A DNA stretch of 64,000 nucleotides, from positions 16,245-80,244 of the forward strand of contig JAYKGY010000022.1 in NCBI GenBank assembly GCA_035285545.1, in the 5' to 3' direction. This DNA is from Snowella sp. (GTDB lineage: Bacteria > Cyanobacteriota > Cyanobacteriia > Cyanobacteriales > Microcystaceae). This document shows positions 62,939 through 64,000 of the stretch, piece after piece (the first letter of the stretch is position 1; every line of letters begins with the position of its first letter). The notes beneath the pieces are model-generated. The model ran no database searches and was not told the origin of the DNA. It was given only the letters and a program-made list of their open reading frames with translations. The position numbers were made by a program, and so were the translations under genes.

Positions 62939-63154
62939 CCGAAAGGAAGTCTTTAAACAGTATTAACTATATCAATATCAATAAATATCCCCCTTTACAA
63001 CTGCGAGAATAGTTAATGTTTGAGTCAGGGGAGTTACAGAAAAGTTACAAAAAAGAATTAAAACTTTATGAAATTTACTCTATTCCCTTGGGCAAAGACA
63101 TTGTAAACTTACGTTGGTTAAAACTATTTTTGTTAAAACGATAGAGGATGTGAC

Positions 63155-63550
63155 ATGGAACTGGACTATCCTGAAGACCTAAAATACTTAGACAGCCATG
63201 AATATGTACGGCTCGAAGGAGAGATTGCGACGGTTGGGATTAGTGCCTTTGCGATCGATGAGTTAGGCGATCTGGTGTTTTTAGAACTCCCAGAAGTCGG
63301 TGAGCAGGTAGAAGCCAATGAAACCTTTGGCTCAATCGAATCGGTTAAAGCCACTTCGGATTTGTATTCCCCTGTTTCAGGAACCGTTACGGATCGTAAT
63401 GATGCCATGATTGATTCTCCCGAATTGATTGCCGAAGATCCCTATGGCGACGGTTGGTTAATTAAGGTACGGGTTGACAATCCTGATGATGCGTTAATTG
63501 ATACGCTGTCGGCTGGGGAATACCGCTCCCAGTTAGAAGGAGATGGCTGA
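63155..63550 (+). CDS. gcvH: Glycine cleavage system H protein
   Basis: SHEYV, GIS.FA..LGD, IESVKA (lipoyl Lys), DPYGDGW. Confidence 0.97.
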   Translation: MELDYPEDLKYLDSHEYVRLEGEIATVGISAFAIDELGDLVFLELPEVGEQVEANETFGSIESVKATSDLYSPVSGTVTDRNDAMIDSPELIAEDPYGDGWLIKVRVDNPDDALIDTLSAGEYRSQLEGDG

Positions 63551-63572
63551 TTTTTTCAATTAGTAACGGCAG

Positions 63573-63610
63573 GGGGTTACATTTGGGCTTGCTTTTAGGT
63601 GTAACCTCTT
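63573..63610 (+). terminator. Hairpin/terminator after gcvH
   Basis: GGGGTTACATTTGGG / TTTAGGTGTAACCTC stem. Confidence 0.55.
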
Positions 63611-63736
63611 AATTAAAACTTATCGCTTCAAAGCTAACGTTAAACCGTCGGCGATCGCTATTTCCTTAGTAAAGTTTTACTTGAATAATTGCGACAAAAA
63701 AGCATAGTAAACAAAAATTAGCTATATCTAAAGAAT

Positions 63737-64000
63737 TAGGAGTTACGCATTGACAAAATTAAAATATAAGAGTAGCAGAGAAATCTAAAGTAGCAAATCA
63801 GTGGCAAGAAAACCGTCAAAGCCTTCAACTGCCAAATGTGATTGTCATCAGTACACATTATTTTTAATGGCAAAACCCAAATATGTAAGTTGTGTACGCT
63901 TGGAAGAGATTATGCCAGATATAAGCCACGATAGTATCAATAGATTCCTGTTAAGAGAGGAATATACTCCAAAAGACCTATTTGAGGAGAATAAAGAGAG
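63737..64000 (+). mobile_element. IS701-family insertion sequence, left end and transposase N-terminus (runs off window)
   Basis: End-like TAGGAGTTACGCATTGAC at 63737; GTG at 63801 opens ..KPSTAKC..YTLFL..PKY.SC.RL....SHDSINRFLLRE.Y.PKDLF. Confidence 0.8.

Noticed and set aside
62939..63154. Glycine riboswitch or HLR1 site upstream of gcvH
   Set aside because: No recognisable glycine aptamer core; the GTTACA repeat has an 11-bp rather than 10-bp period

Overview
Chromosomal window from a unicellular cyanobacterium. Evidence: abundant HIP1 octamer GCGATCGC, psbH/psbN, zds, CRR7, hemJ and a cyanobacterial-type atp1 operon; a Synechocystis-related lineage is my inference. Most of it is housekeeping: ycf65, folE, ndk, natA-rpsD-miaE, the ATP synthase operon, glmM, nnr, menG, lepB, dihydroorotase, dnaX, leuC, zds, tatA, psbH/N, peroxiredoxin, plsC and gcvH. 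Accessory items are interspersed: two type II TA pairs (yefM-yoeB, hicB-hicA), IS debris (ISKra4, IS5, the start of an IS701), MITE-like elements and heptamer repeats. Most notable: (1) xdhAB with a perfect NtcA-type promoter whose -10 box lies inside a perfect 17-bp palindrome (candidate repressor operator); (2) a divergent CcaS/RcaE-like cyanobacteriochrome kinase with Lys->Glu at a protochromic-triad position; (3) a hybrid kinase broken by one in-frame TAA, with a receiver Asp->Lys; (4) a 129-aa natural mini-intein in DnaX; (5) two orphan two-gene cassettes that are candidate undescribed defence/conflict modules, namely a head-to-head pair with a PycTM-like membrane protein and an all-helical pair right after the atp terminator. 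No tRNA, rRNA or CRISPR array was seen. All family calls come from motif recognition by eye, without database searches.
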